From Monocercomonoides exilis PA203 (lineage: Eukaryota > Protista > Preaxostyla): a stretch of DNA of 64,000 bases. Below the pieces are notes generated by a model. That model was not told the DNA's origin. It did not search any database and saw only the letters and a program-made list of their open reading frames with translations. Of this stretch, positions 10,070 through 23,752 are shown in pieces. The stretch is taken from NCBI GenBank assembly GCA_001643675.2, contig LSRY02000008.1, forward strand, positions 1,116,001 to 1,180,000. The letters are read 5' to 3'. The position numbers and the translations under genes are program-made. Within the stretch, counting starts at the first letter, position 1. Every line of letters starts with the position of its first letter.

Positions 10070-13000
10070 CAGCACAAGGCACATATTGCAATCTGTTCTA
10101 TGCATCGAACGCAAACTCTGAAGCGAATATAAACCGAATATTAGTGGATGAAAAGCGAGAGACGAACGACACGCTTTTTCGGATGCAAACACAACTGTAT
10201 AATTCTCTCGCAAGTTCCACTTACCGGACAGTCTGTACACATACAATGGGAGAGAGTGTGGCAGCTTTATGGGGTCATATTTTGGATGTAACACATTGCT
10301 GATTCAGATTAGTGTGGTGTAAGCAGTGGAAAAAGAGGAGGCAATGGTTTCATCCAAGGGCTTAACATGACAACTTTAACATGTTCAAATTGACATCGTG
10401 TGTGGCAGATGCGCTGGAGAAGGAGAAGATCATCCGGCCGAATGAGATTGTGATTGTGGAGCAGACGCAGTGCATGTCACTTGAAGAGGAGGTATTTGAA
10501 GAGGCGAAGCTTGATGCGCCCAGAACAGTTAACTTTGTGTACCAGCAAGTGAATACAGCTATTTTCGGTAAATTTTAGTTTTTTTCTTTCAAGATTGCCT
10601 GGATTTTCGAAGGAGAGGGAGGTCAGGAAAACAGAAAAGAAGAAAAGCAAAATATTTTGAGCTTGATTAAAGAAAAGAAAAAAATTTCAAACAGATCGTC
10701 TTATGCAATGGTGAAGATTTGAAGCAATGTGGTATGTTAAAATTTTCTTTTAATCATTGCAAATAATTTTTGTGTATTTATTTTAATATATATTTTTTTT
10801 TCATTTTTGTAATTTTTAGTACTTTTTTTTCATTATTCATTATGAACTTCCTCTTTTTCTCGTGAGTTGATCGCAACGGCCATTTTATGAATTTGTACGT
10901 TGGCAACATGCATCGAATTGCCTGTCTGAACTGTATCTGCATTGATATCATTGATGCGCTTGATCTTTCCAGCTGTTTGGACTCACACAATTAACAACCA
11001 ATAAGTTTCGTGCAAGAAGTGATGAAAGAGCAATTTTTCATTTTATAAGGTTTGCACTATTTTTCGATAATTGTTACAATTGTTTAAATCATATTTCTTA
11101 TTTTTCTTTTTTTAACTTTTTCAAACTCTAATTATTATTTATTCAATCAATTAATACAAAAAAATATGAACCATCCCTTTTCATGTTTTTATTTCATTCA
11201 ACCTTTTCTTCTAAGTTTGGGTGATGTGTCTTTTCCATGTGCTCTTTCCAGCGTTTTTATTGCCATTGGAAACAGAACAGATAAAAAAGACTGAACAAGG
11301 AGTTATCTACCCCACTCTATCTGCTTCCACTGCTATTACAGTGACACAGCTGACTGCATCCTCCCCGCGCACACCGACTTCATCTCCTCATAAGCTACTC
11401 GAAATTAACTCTCTTCATCATCATCGCCTTGTTCTTCTTCTCCTTTCTGAGATCAGTCATCCGCAAGCAGCTTTGATGCTTCCATGATTGAGTCAATTAA
11501 GCGCCCTTCATATTCAGCAAACATCCTTTCATATTTCTAACAAGAGACCTCCTCTTCTGCTTCACCGCCAATTATGTTTTGAGAATATTTCTTCTCCATG
11601 AACCTTCAGATCTCCTTCTCCTCTTCCTCTCAACAGTTCCATTTGGTATCGATACTTTGTATTAGCTCCCACAAAATGCTCTCTTGCATATTACAATCTC
11701 TTTTGATGGCATCTCTTTCATGAACTTCATCGCAGCAACAACCAAAGCTGAAAAATGCTCACACAGCACGGACCTTAACGAATCTTCAACGTCTTCCAAC
11801 TCATCAAAATGTTCTTTTTCTTCTTTGATGTCCTCCTCCTACTGAAGGGATATCAATAAACAGATCGCTTTATTCTGTCCATCGTAATAAACCACTTTCA
11901 CGTCTGTTTCTTGCTCCTAAATAAATAAAGTTGTCTCTTTCTGCCTTTCCACTACCGCTGCTGGGCTTGTGTTCTTCAAATTTGAGATTTGCCCCTTCGT
12001 GTGTATAATCTGCAGAAGTCAACATTAACTTAAGTGGAGCTTCCAATTCTTCTTCTGAAGGAACAAACTATTTATCCTCTTTGAAGCATCAATAGATGTT
12101 TGGGTTGGATGAGAGGCAATGCTCCTGCTCTTCTTGTCTCGCATTATAAGTCGACAACTCCTCTTATGGAGCGTGTTGGATGCAAATATGGGAACCCATT
12201 TACAAATAAACCACAGATAGGGAAACGGGGTCATTTGCGTTGCATAACTACAATCTCCTGTGAAAGTTTCAGATGGGAAAAAGAATTCGTTATTGTTCCC
12301 GTACGAGATATTCGTTAACGATATGGAGGTTATTTGGAGAAAGAAGGAGAAAGAGAGAAGGAGAGAAAGATGGAGACTTCAATAGAATAGGAAATGAAAA
12401 TGACAAAAGAAGATTCTCGCCTTTGGAGATATACGGAGAAACCTTATTGAGTTATTCATCTTCCTCATCTTCCTTATTGAAGGCAAAGACGCTTAAGCGT
12501 TTAACAGGAGGAAAAGAATTATTTATTATAAGAGATGCAAAGACAAGGACTGATTATCCTGTGACAACTTCACGTGACTGCCTATTGTCTTCGATGTCGT
12601 CTGAGCGGAAGTGAAACAGAGATATCATGCACTCAATTGCAAAGAAGAGAGACAAAAGAGGAAGTGGCAGCAGAGGGGAAGTGAGCGGGACTTGGAAAAA
12701 AAAAAGTTTTGTGTTCTCCTTCAACCACTCATTATCGGGAAATGTGCAGCTCCTCTCTTCGCATGTTCTGCCAACTGCATCGTCAGCTGCATCTTTTATA
12801 GCATTATTTATTTCTTTGTCCAAGCTCATCGTTTCGTCTTCTGCTAATTCCGTCGTTTGCATCAGGCAAGCATCTGGAAATACATCCTCCTCTTCACATT
12901 CTTAACACGACAATAGGAGTAACTTAGCGGAATTACTGAATTATCAATTTTCCGTCTCTCCTTCCTCAAAGATTCTTTTTGCAGGATAGCCTTCATTCTC

Positions 13001-16000
13001 TTTCATCTGATCGCTCAAATCCTGGTCACCTAAGTGGTAATAAAATGTTAGAAAGATTGCGTTATCCATACGAAAACCGTCTATCTTATTGTTCTCCTCC
13101 TCTTCATCTTCCTCATCTTCTCCAGCAGAAACAGAATTCTCTATCCATCCAAAACCGCCTCATCGTTCTGAAATTGCTATGGCTCGCAGCATAAGAGCAA
13201 TGCATCCTCTCCTCCGCCGACGCCATCTCAATCGCTGTGCGCAAGTAGCTGCTGCTTCTAGCGCTTCACGTTCTTCTTCTTCTTCCTCTTTTTCCTCTTC
13301 CTCTTCCTCTTCCTCGTTGCTTCGCTCTTCTAGAAACAGATTTCTGACAAGCGAAGAGCAGCAGATGAGGAAGATGCAGCAACAGTTCGGAAGAAGAAGG
13401 AAAAAACAATATTTTGTTCTCCCTCCCGATGTGTTTGAGGCGCTGCCGCTGTTTGCAGAGTTTCGGATAGTGGAGCGGTATGCGGAGAATCTGGAGAATA
13501 GGAAGAAGTTGAAGTCGATAAAGATGACTGAAAAGAAGAGGATCAAGAAGTGATTTTGGAGGATTCAAAGAACAACCGCAAAGAAGTTGCTTTTAAAGCA
13601 AAGACAATAAAAAAGAAGCAGAAAAGAATACAAAAGCAAAAGAATCTTTACAAAACGACATTAAAGGAGAAACGAACAATGATGAGCCATAATTAGAGCC
13701 TTTTTCATAGGAAAAGCAGAAAAAACAACTCCCTTTCCCCCACCTTCACATTCACCTTCTCCTCAACCTATGCAATACTCTACAGAACGAGGCGCCTTTG
13801 GAACAATACACTTTACGCGAGGGAAGCGAATGGACGGTGGATGAAGAGGAGTCGGAGGGAGAGCGTTGATTGCGTACAGCCAAGAGATGGAGATGGGAAG
13901 AGGAGCTGTTGGTGCTCCGACAACTCCGCTATCACCTGCTGTTGGAGGAGGAGGAATAGGAATTGGAATAGGAGGAGGAGGAGGAGGAGGAGGAGGGGGA
14001 GGAGGAGGGGTGACGTTGGGTGTGATGGGGATGAAGGATTTGAACAAAGAAGTGACAAGGGCGATGCAAGATGAGTTTCAGAATGGGAAAGGGAAAGTGG
14101 ACGATGAAGATTCGAAGGTTACGTTTTATTCATTGGAATTTGATGATCAGAGAGAAAAACTATTTCTGCTGATGAAGCTACAGGAAATACAAAAGAAGAA
14201 GGAGAAGGAGAAAGAAGAAAAAGAGAGGAGGCTGAAGAAGAAAGAAGAGAGAGAACTCAGGAAAATGGAGAAAATGACGAAGAAGATAGAGGAAAAAGAC
14301 AAGAATCTGTTTAGCAGCGTCCAAGAAATATTACAATCACACCTTGGGACAGGCACACAGATCAACCAGAAGGGGAACAAAATGGCAAGCGATGCGCCAC
14401 AAGAGGCGAAAGAAAGCAAAACGCCAATTTTGACAAGAGAGCGGAAATTGGACTGAACGCTGAATGATTTAGCGAATTCTGACCTGGAAGATTTGAGCGA
14501 TGAACTGGATGTGCCTTTCCGCTATGTGCGAATCAAAAGCGAGGAAAATGGGCAATTTGTGTTAAAGATGCGGAAAATGCCTGTGTTAGCAGCAGTCGAC
14601 GCGAGGCAGACCAGAACGCGGTTGGATCTAATGAGCGCACTGAAGAGCGGCTTGAGACAGAGCAGGGCGGAGTTGAGAAGAGGAAGAGGGATGAAGTGGA
14701 GGGGCTGGTGGTCGCACAAAGAGGAAGCAGAAGTGACACACAGGAAGGGAAGGAAAGGAGCAGGGAAAGGATCACCTTTTCTGTTCCAGAAGGAGAAAGG
14801 GAAAAGAACATTCAGTCAGAGCAGCGTGTATGGAATAAAAGATGTGATGTCAAAACTGTTTTCTTCGATGTTGTTCTCAAAATTGAAGTCTTTCTTCACG
14901 TAGCAGAATTCAATGGCAATGGATCTGATGCAGAAATACCCTGCCCTTAATTTGGTTGCGCCTTTTGATTCAGCTGCAGATTTTTCTGCAAATACAAACA
15001 TTGCTCTTCATCCTCTTTCTCATTGTCCTTCATCACTTGTAAATTCGTCATTGTTTATGAACGTCCAACAACAATCTTCTCCTTCTCTTTCATTCCACTC
15101 TCCCTCAAGTTTTGTCTCTTCGCTTCATCAATCTTCATTTCTCACAACAGAAAAAAGAACTCAATTTCTTCTGTTGGCCCTGAAGACTTTGGATGCTCAT
15201 CTCAAAAAGGATCACAAAATAGACTCAGAATCACCAGCTCTTTCAACCTCTTCACCAAGTTCGGGTGCTTCTTCTCCCGCTATTCAACCTCAGTCCATTC
15301 CTATTCGAACGAAGGAAAATGAAAAATCCGCAACTCAGCAAACTTCTTCTTCTTCTTCGTCTTCTTCGTCATCATCTTCATCTCCTGGTTGTGCCTCTGC
15401 TTCTTCTGCTTCAACTCCTCATGCTATTCGTCCACTTGCCCTGGAAAGAGGGAAAAGTCCTTCGACTCCAAACAAACTGCACCTTTCTTCGTCTGCACAA
15501 ATCGCATTTGATCCTTTGGATGCTGTCAACCAGGAGAAAGAACAAGTGCAAAAGACAGAAACAAACAGAAAAGAGGTTTCACCAAAAGAACAAGCAGGAA
15601 ATCTTCCTATTGAAAATGTGAATGAATCAGGAGTTGTTCAAAAGAGGCCATTGATTTCAGATGCGTTGCTTCCGCGTTCCAGTTCAAGGCATTCGTTTCC
15701 TGTGTATCCTGTTCCCTCTCAACAGCAAGCAGTCGCAAAGAAAAAGAAAACTGCTTCAATGCTGTCACCAAAACCGCAGCGCCTGCGAAGAGAAATGTGG
15801 CTGGGTGAACTGATAAAAGAGTGGCTTGTGTATGAAGATGCTGACCAGGATGCGTGGAATGAGATGAGAGAGGCTGCTGCAAAGGAGAACGAGGAAGGGT
15901 TTGAGTCTGAAAGTTGCAGTGATGATGAAGAGGAGGAAGATGTGGGAGATGAGGATGGAGCTGAACCGAAAGATAGATGAGAAGAATGCTTTGACAAGCG

Positions 16001-18100
16001 TAATGAAGATAAGCAGAATGATTCTTGAAATGGAGAGAAAAGAAGAAGTTTTGAAAAGGTTCTATTTGAAGCTGAAGCAGAAAGCGTAAGAGAACAAAAA
16101 TGATGGATGGGATTTTTTTGAGGCTTGTGAAAAGAGAAACATATTCAGAAATGAGAACAAATACAGGAAGAAAAGAAAGTGGAAGTTTCAATTCTTTAAG
16201 TTTGAGTTAGAAGACCCTGTGAAAAAGCAGAAACATTTTTTTATGAACAATTTAATGTTCTGTTGGAAAACGTTGTGGAATAGTTTGAAAATACATTGAC
16301 AGCGAAGAATGAAAAAAGTTTTATTCAACCGGAAGACAAATATCATCCAGCTTTTTGCTAAGAAGCAATGGAAGATGAAGCTTAAGTTTAAAGAAACAGC
16401 TCAGAGCAGGAAAAGGATGAGGAGAGAAAAGATCAGTGTGCATGTGGAGAATAATCTGTACAAGAAAAGAGAATAATTTTATTAAGCCCATTATGCGATG
16501 AATGAGAAAGAGAAAGAAAAAAAGGCTTCAACATGAAAATTATTTTCAGTAAGAGAAAAATGGAAATTTCTAAAGTAAAGTTGACAGAATGAGCCATTTG
16601 GAGTTATTTGATTAAGGCAGAACATCTCTTGTAATTCCTTCCTGCTGAAATGGCTGTCATATGGAAAATTAGTGGAACACAAAGACTATTTGGGTTTTAT
16701 TTCGCAATGAAGATAAGCAGAGGTAGGCAATGCGAACTTAATGGAAGGTGCTAAAGAGGAGATGGACTATTTTTTGTGGAGGACGAAGAGAACGAAGAGA
16801 GAAGGAAAAGCGAGCTGAGAGTGCTATATGGCAGCTCGTCAGAAGAATCGAAATCAGTTTGAAGAAAGCAGGTGCGCTTGTGATACGTCTTCAGTGATTT
16901 TATCATTATCATCATCATCTTCTTCTTCTTCTTCTTCAAAGCCTCACTCACACTCTCATTCCTCAAAGTCATCTCATTCAAAATCCAGCTCGTCAACAAC
17001 AACCTTATCTCCTTCCTCAACAGCTGTACCAACTGCATCATTATCATCACCTTCTTCTTCAACTTCTTCTATTTCATCTTCTTCATCAGCCTCTCAAAAT
17101 ACATCTGTTATCAAACAATTTTGTCATCCCCTCCAGCCACTTGCACAGACACACAAGAAGCACAGCGATCGCACCCTCAAACCGATCTCTATTACATATC
17201 CACTCTCGACTCTCTCGCAAAATGCAGCTGAAATCAAAAAACAGAAAAGGAAGCCAGCATCAAGTCAGTAGAGGAACTCATCTCTATCACCATCTTCTTT
17301 GATGTCATCTTCTTCCACTGCTTTTTCCTATCCATCTTCATCTTCATTGTCCTCTTCTCCATCTTCAAGTCTGCTCTCTTATTCTGTTTCTTCCAAAAAG
17401 AAAACTGAGAATGGAAATGAAAAAGAAAAGAAAAGAAAAGCGAAAATGAAGCCAAAATAGCAGAAACTCACGGCTCTTTAACAATAACTCACGATGAAAA
17501 CGAAGATGATGCAGAGGATCAGCCAAATGGTATTATTACTTCTCATCAAAATGCCTCTTCGAAACCAGATAGAAAAGTATTTCCATCTTCTTCAGTATAA
17601 ATTCGACTGACTATTTCGACATCGTCTCCATATTCAGACTCAGTTATATATTCTTCTTCTTCTTCGTTTTCTTCCTCTTCCTCTTCTTCTGTTCTTCAAG
17701 AAATACAGTGCTCGCTCCATTTCACTCTTCCTTCTCTTCTCCACCACTGGGTCGGCTGTGCTGAGACTTGCGGGCAGAGAAGCACGATGGAAGACAGAGT
17801 GTTGATGCTGCCTGTTGATGGATGGGGCATAGAGAAGCTTGTGTGCGACGGAAAAGAGGGGATTTTGGCTTGCATACTGAAATATCCGCAGGAGCTGAGG
17901 TTCACTGAGAAAGGAATGAAGGCACTGGAAGACAGAGAGGCTGAGATCTGGGCAAGGAGTATAAGAGAGAAGGAGAGAAGGAGAGAAAGAAGAAGGAAAG
18001 AATGGAAAGAAAGAGAAAAGATTGGAGAAAGAAAATAGAGAAAGGAAAGAGAAAGAAAAGAAGAAGAGGATGATAAATCCAGAAATAAGCTAAATACAAA
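10070..18100 (+). pseudogene. Fragmented large Ser/Glu/Lys-rich hypothetical gene(s), unrecognised family
   Basis: A chain of + strand protein-like ORFs (10381, 13089, 13866, 14493, 14913, 16828, 17787) broken by stops and frameshifts. No domain recognised; boundaries approximate. Confidence 0.4.
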
Positions 18101-19199
18101 CATAGAAGCAAGTGATGTTGAAATTAACTCACAAACGTTGCCTTCATCTTCTCTTTCGTCGTCATCTTCTTCTTCTTCAACTCCTCCAACTTTTTCAATG
18201 CCATCTTCACTCACTTGGAGTTGAATCAGAATTTCAACCATCTGTTGCATTTATTCCATTCAATTCGATAGAGCCACAAAATTGAACGGAAAATTGTTTC
18301 ATTTCCTTTCCTTCGTCTCTTCAGTCAATCGATAAAAGAGCTTTCTTTTCATTTTTCAATCACGATTCTAATGATGAAAAAAGGCAATTTGAATGAATTT
18401 ATTTGATTTCATTCAAATCAACTTCTTCTTCAACTCCTTCTTCGATGAACAACAAAACTGAAACTGTTTTTTTCATTTCATTCAACTCCCGTTAAATTCA
18501 GTGCCAGACCTCATCTATCGTTGCTCTTTGGAAGCACAAACAAATACTCATTCTTTCACGGAATAACAGCTAATGTTATTTTACAAAGGAAGTTGTACAA
18601 TGTTTAACCAAGAAAAACTGATCATCAGGCATTCAACAGAAAATGGAGATCGAATCTGACTTTTTTGATTTTGAAGATCAAGCATCTGAAGTGAAAAGGA
18701 AATGGTATTGAAGCAATTCATTTATGAAATGGATGTGTTCCTAAATAGCCTTCTGCAGATTACACAGATACGAAACTGGAGCAAATAGTAGAAAAGGAAA
18801 AGAAAAGGAAAATCTTGAAGAGCATGCTGATATGAAAAGAAATGATATGAATTCTATCGCTAATTGGATACGAACAAGTTGAAATCGGAAAGGTGAAGAA
18901 AATATAAACTGAAGAAAATTGCCTGATATACATGAACATATTTCTTTTGAAGATACGACAGCAATGAATCTTTTTTCATGAGCTTAATTTGTAGTTGATG
19001 GAGAAGAAAAATTAGATGAGGTAATGACGAAGAAATATTTTTGTCTTGTTGATGGTATGGATTTTGATAAAATAAGTGTTGATAAATGCTTCAGTTGAAT
19101 GTGATATGAAACCTCAAGGATGTTTCAATGATATGGAAAAAGTTGAAAATTGGAAAATGAAAGTAATAATAAACGTATTAGAAAAAGATCATAACAATA

Positions 19200-19386
19200 A
19201 GTGATTTTTGTGTCAACCGCGTTGAAGGTGAGTGTTTGAGAAGGAATAAATATTAAGGTGAGGAAGGTGAGGGAGGAGTCTTTGAGGAGGGAAATGAAGC
19301 CAGTGAGGGCATACTCGATGGTGGCACATGGGGTCTGTTGTCTGCCACAGGCATCAGCATCTGTTTTATTGTTAGCAACAGTTTTA
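19200..19386 (-). pseudogene. Isolated fragment of a beta-helix surface-protein family member
   Basis: The minus strand reads KTVANNKTDADACGRQQTPCATIEYALT, the D-x3-CG-x4-PC-x-TI motif repeated in the 33493-42558 protein. Confidence 0.55.
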
Positions 19387-20370
19387 TTTTAAGCAAGAAG
19401 ATGGAGACAGCCATTGAATTTGGCTTAATCCAATATACAGCTTTATCTGTTTCTGTTTGATTTATCCGATGAATCGAATAAAAGGAATGGAGATTTGTTG
19501 GCTATTCAAAGGTGAGGGGAAAAAAAGAAAAATAACAATTATAGTAAAATTGGTTTCAATAGTATTGTTTTCTTTTTTTCATTTATATTCTTCTTTGTAA
19601 ACTTTTTCTTTGCAATATTTTGTTTTACCAATTATGAAATTTCAGTTAACCTTTTAAAGATAGGTTTTTCAATTTTTTACTCTTTTTAAAATGAACTTGA
19701 TCAACAAATCTTTTTCACAAAAAACATAAAAAGGTATGCTTTTTTTTATATTAATAAACAAAATACACATAAAACATAGCTTTAAAAGCTAAATGCAATA
19801 AAAAAATCAATTTGACTCTTTGATCAATAAATACCACAATAGAATTTATTTTTTCGATTTTTGATCTTTTTTTATGATTTCAAAAAAAATCACCCATATT
19901 TCTTCATATGAATATTTATCTGAATAAAGTTTTTGTGTATCTCTCAGGGCAACAGGCGGAAATGAAAGAGATATGGTATTCCCGCTATGGATCCATCTCG
20001 ATTAGGTCATTCAATAATATCGATTTATGAATATCATGTTGTAGTTATCATCTTGAATTATAAGTTGAATAGGCAATGATTATAAGATAGAGATCGAGAG
20101 TTGTTGCTGATATTCTTAGGGGGTTATCATGATTTGATTTTCAGTGAAGTTCGATACAGAAGGAGTTATTGATAAGTGTTATCAAGATATATCTATTGCC
20201 GATATTCCATATCTCCAAGAAGAAGAATTAGCTAAAAGATTAACTGAAAGATTAACTGGAGTTGTGTTCAAGTTGGTAAATAAGTGGTGAATTTGTGTGT
20301 TATCGTTGGTGTGATCGTTGATGGAAATCGCAAATAAAAATAATTGATTTTGTTTTTTGTTTTATAGTAA

Positions 20371-20589
20371 ATGGGTTGGAAGAAGATATACGCAACTGTG
20401 GAAGAAGCTAAAGCGGCTTAACAGAAACAAATTAAACAGTTTCAGGAAAAACGCAAAGAAGAAACTATGTATTACAACGAACATGTTACTGAAAAACAGA
20501 AGAAGTTGATTAAGATATTGAGGAGAAAGCTTATCGAAAATGATGAGCTGTTAGATGAGTAGACAGAAAAGTTAATGGTTATTGCCTGA
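20371..20589 (+). pseudogene. Small basic/coiled-coil ORF of the helicase element (mirror at 31095-31313, minus strand)
   Basis: MGWKKIYATVEEAKAA*QKQIKQFQEKRKEE...LLDE*TEKLMVIA*. Protein-like with two internal stops; convergent with the helicase gene. Confidence 0.5.
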
Positions 20590-21090
20590 ACAAGCTTGAT
20601 TGGGATAAATGTGTTAATTAATGAAATATAACTGACTGAACACGTTAATTGAATCGTTGATTGTTAAGGACAGTGGTCCATGATGATGTTATAGTTGATT
20701 TCCAACAACAATATTTTTTGAACAAATGGCATTGTTGTGGATCGCCAACGTCTATATTTTTCCTCGGAAAAAGTGTTAATCGGAAGTCAGGATACCAAAT
20801 TTTGGAAATATCGAGATGCTTGGGGAAGGGAAATATTTGCTAAATCTCTGTGCTGGAAGCGTACACTAGTGTCCTGGTGGACTGGATCTTTTAATTTCAT
20901 CTGAAAAGAGCTGCCAACATTCCATTTCTGCTAACATGGATGCTTTTCCCTTTATTTGGCATGACTTTGAGGGTTTTTATTTATTTTCGACTGTATCATC
21001 ATTTTGACACATTGCCACGTGGTATCGTTGGTAGCACACATCAGTTGTATTGTTTTTGTAATAATGATTTCCAAAAAAAAACGAATATGT

Positions 21091-22953
21091 TCAGTTAATT
21101 TCCACGGAACGGTCCATGTCGTCTTCATCTTCTCGTTGTTTGATGAGTTGTTCACACTCTGGCTTGAGTTTGTAATGCAATACTCGGCCTTCTTTTCCAC
21201 CCATTCTCTTGTGCTCACATCTGTCTTTAATTGCCAGTTGGAATGATCGATAATTCTTGTATTCAACTTGTCTGAAACATAGTGCTTCAGAACGCCTCAA
21301 CCCATCTTTGAGTTTGTTGTTATGCTCCTGACAGAACACATCGATGACAGAGAGTGATGCTGCAATGATATCTTCCTTTGCCTCAGTTGTTGGAATAGCC
21401 CTTGTGTTGAAATTGGTGAGATCTTTGCTGAGGAAATAACAGAGAAGTTGTTCATAGAATTCATTATCGAAAGAGTTAGTGAAATCCTTGAAGAATGTGA
21501 GATTGTTCTTATATTTTGAGTTTCAATCACAAACAACATATCTTCTGTCACAAATCTCAATCTTTACTGGGTATGTGTGATTTGTCACAAATATGAAATT
21601 AGCTACGTTCTCAGCTGTTCTTCTCGGCTGATTCTTCTCATTGATTCTGTTTGTTGAATCCGTGATTAGACTCTTCAAGGCGTCAAAGTTAACTGTTCGA
21701 TCATCTCAAACATTCTTCAATTCGTTAAGAACAATCAGCATTTTCACTTCAACGATGGAGTTGAACTGTCCTGTCAGTTCTGCAATCTCTGTGACATTTG
21801 GACATGAATATCCAGCCAACAGTTCAACAAGAACATTTGTCCAGACATTCTTTCCAATCCCTTGCAAACCTTTGAAAACAAGTGATGTTTCTGCTTTTTT
21901 ACCAGGATTTTGAACAATTGACGAAATGCAACAGAGGATGAATTGATGGAGTTCTTCGTTGTCGTTAGCGAAAACTTCTCGTGTTAAATCAAGGAATGGT
22001 CTGATGATTTCGTTGTTTTGTTCGTTTGTCATTAGATATTTGAACCAATGTCTCAGAGAGAATATTCGAGGGTTATCTGACTAGAACTTCACCCCATCGA
22101 TCGATAGAACATGAGAGTATTGATCGAAAGCTGTCTCAACTGTGATAGTCTTTTTGTCATCATGCCGGAGTTTTATTGTTTTGAACAGTTTATGCATTAC
22201 TGATTTTGCATTGAATGATATCGAATAACAAGAGGGGTGAATGTCAAACTTTGTCACAATGAATTCCATCCTTGCTTCAACAAATCTCAGCACTTTTGTG
22301 AGATCTTCAGCGACTTCAGACAGTGAGGAGTATTGTTTTCGACAAGCTTTATCCCTGATTTCGGAAATGAGAACGATGAGTTGAGATCTATTTCATGAAC
22401 AGAAATCTCTCGTGGATGTTCTTCCTTTTGATCATTCTCTTTTCTGAGGAGTGGAATGATCACATCGTTGTAATATGATGGACTCCATCTCTTGACAATC
22501 TTTTGTAGAACAAATGGATGTGACTTGCAATCCCCGTACCTGTTTCGTTTCTTTTCATGGTGAGTGATTGCATTTGCTGTTTACGCGGCTGTGTCTTTTT
22601 CTTGAGTGAAAAGAAAATCTATCGATTGGTTGTGAAAACCCTTAATGTTGACGAAAGAGTTGAGGGCTGCAAATAACGGCAAAAGAGTTAACTCAGAATC
22701 AAGTGAAAGAGAACCTGTGTCGTTATGTATTTCAACATCTTTAGTCCATCGACAAGAACAAGAGCGATTATTGGAGACATTTCAACGATTCCATCTTGTG
22801 TGAAAAGATTGTGTGGTTCAGCTGCCATTGTTGCTGATGTATTCTCTGTTTTGAGGTCAATACCGAATACGTCAAGAACACTCTCAAGTGATGAAAGATC
22901 TCTGAGCTCTCTGTAATTGTTGAGGTGAATGTATTTGGGTCATTTTTTTTCAT
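21091..22953 (-). pseudogene. D5-like SF3 helicase, disrupted (mirror copy)
   Basis: Same motifs and same stops as 28730-30593, plus an extra 1-bp deletion near 22742. Confidence 0.85.
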
Positions 22954-23752
22954 ATCGTAACTTTGTTCGAAGAAAGATTTTTTTTTTAATAATTGTGGTA
23001 TGAGCAATTAAAAGCTCAAATATGTGTTTATAAATAAATAGAAAAAGAATCTTGATTGAAATTTTGAAAATCAAGTTAATTTGAGAAAATTTTGAAAATT
23101 CCATTATAACATTTAATTTTTGAGCTATTTCATTTATTTGAATTATGTGGAATCACAACAACTAACAAGTCCAATTATTGTTTACAGATAATTATAATTT
23201 GAATATGATTTAATGACACTTCTTTTTTTAAAGCTTCGAATTAACTTTCATTTGAAAATGAATGATTGATTGATTTACAAAATTTGGAAGCAAAATTGAT
23301 GAATCTAATATTTTTAGTTATATTTTTTTAAACTTAAGTTATGTTATGAACGATGAACATTCGATTAAGTGCGATTTGAGAAGTATTAAAATATAAAATT
23401 GATATGGAATTTTGAAACAAATGAATGAGATAATGGAATTAAATGTGAAAAGAAATATAAAATGAAAGATGAAAGTTATTGATCAGTTTATGAAAAGAAA
23501 TGAAATATGAATAGCATGGTAACTACTGTTTTTTTGATAATTTCTCTTTGTTTTTCATCGTTTTCTTCATATTTCTTCGAATAAAACATTTCACATTACT
23601 TACTTTGTTGAGAAATTTATTGTTTTTGAGATGTGCACTTCATTTTTCATTGAGAATAACAATAATCAATCTGAATTTTCAAGAGATCTTTTCCTTTTTT
23701 AAGAAGTTTGAAAGAAGAACTCGAAAAACAAAAAACATTAAGTTGATGTTTA

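Larger units (their letters stand above)
19965..23378 (-). mobile_element. Decayed virus-like (D5/SF3 helicase) element, copy 1
   Basis: Reverse complement of 28305-31720 with sharp shared boundaries. ORF-track translations are mirrored. Confidence 0.75.
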
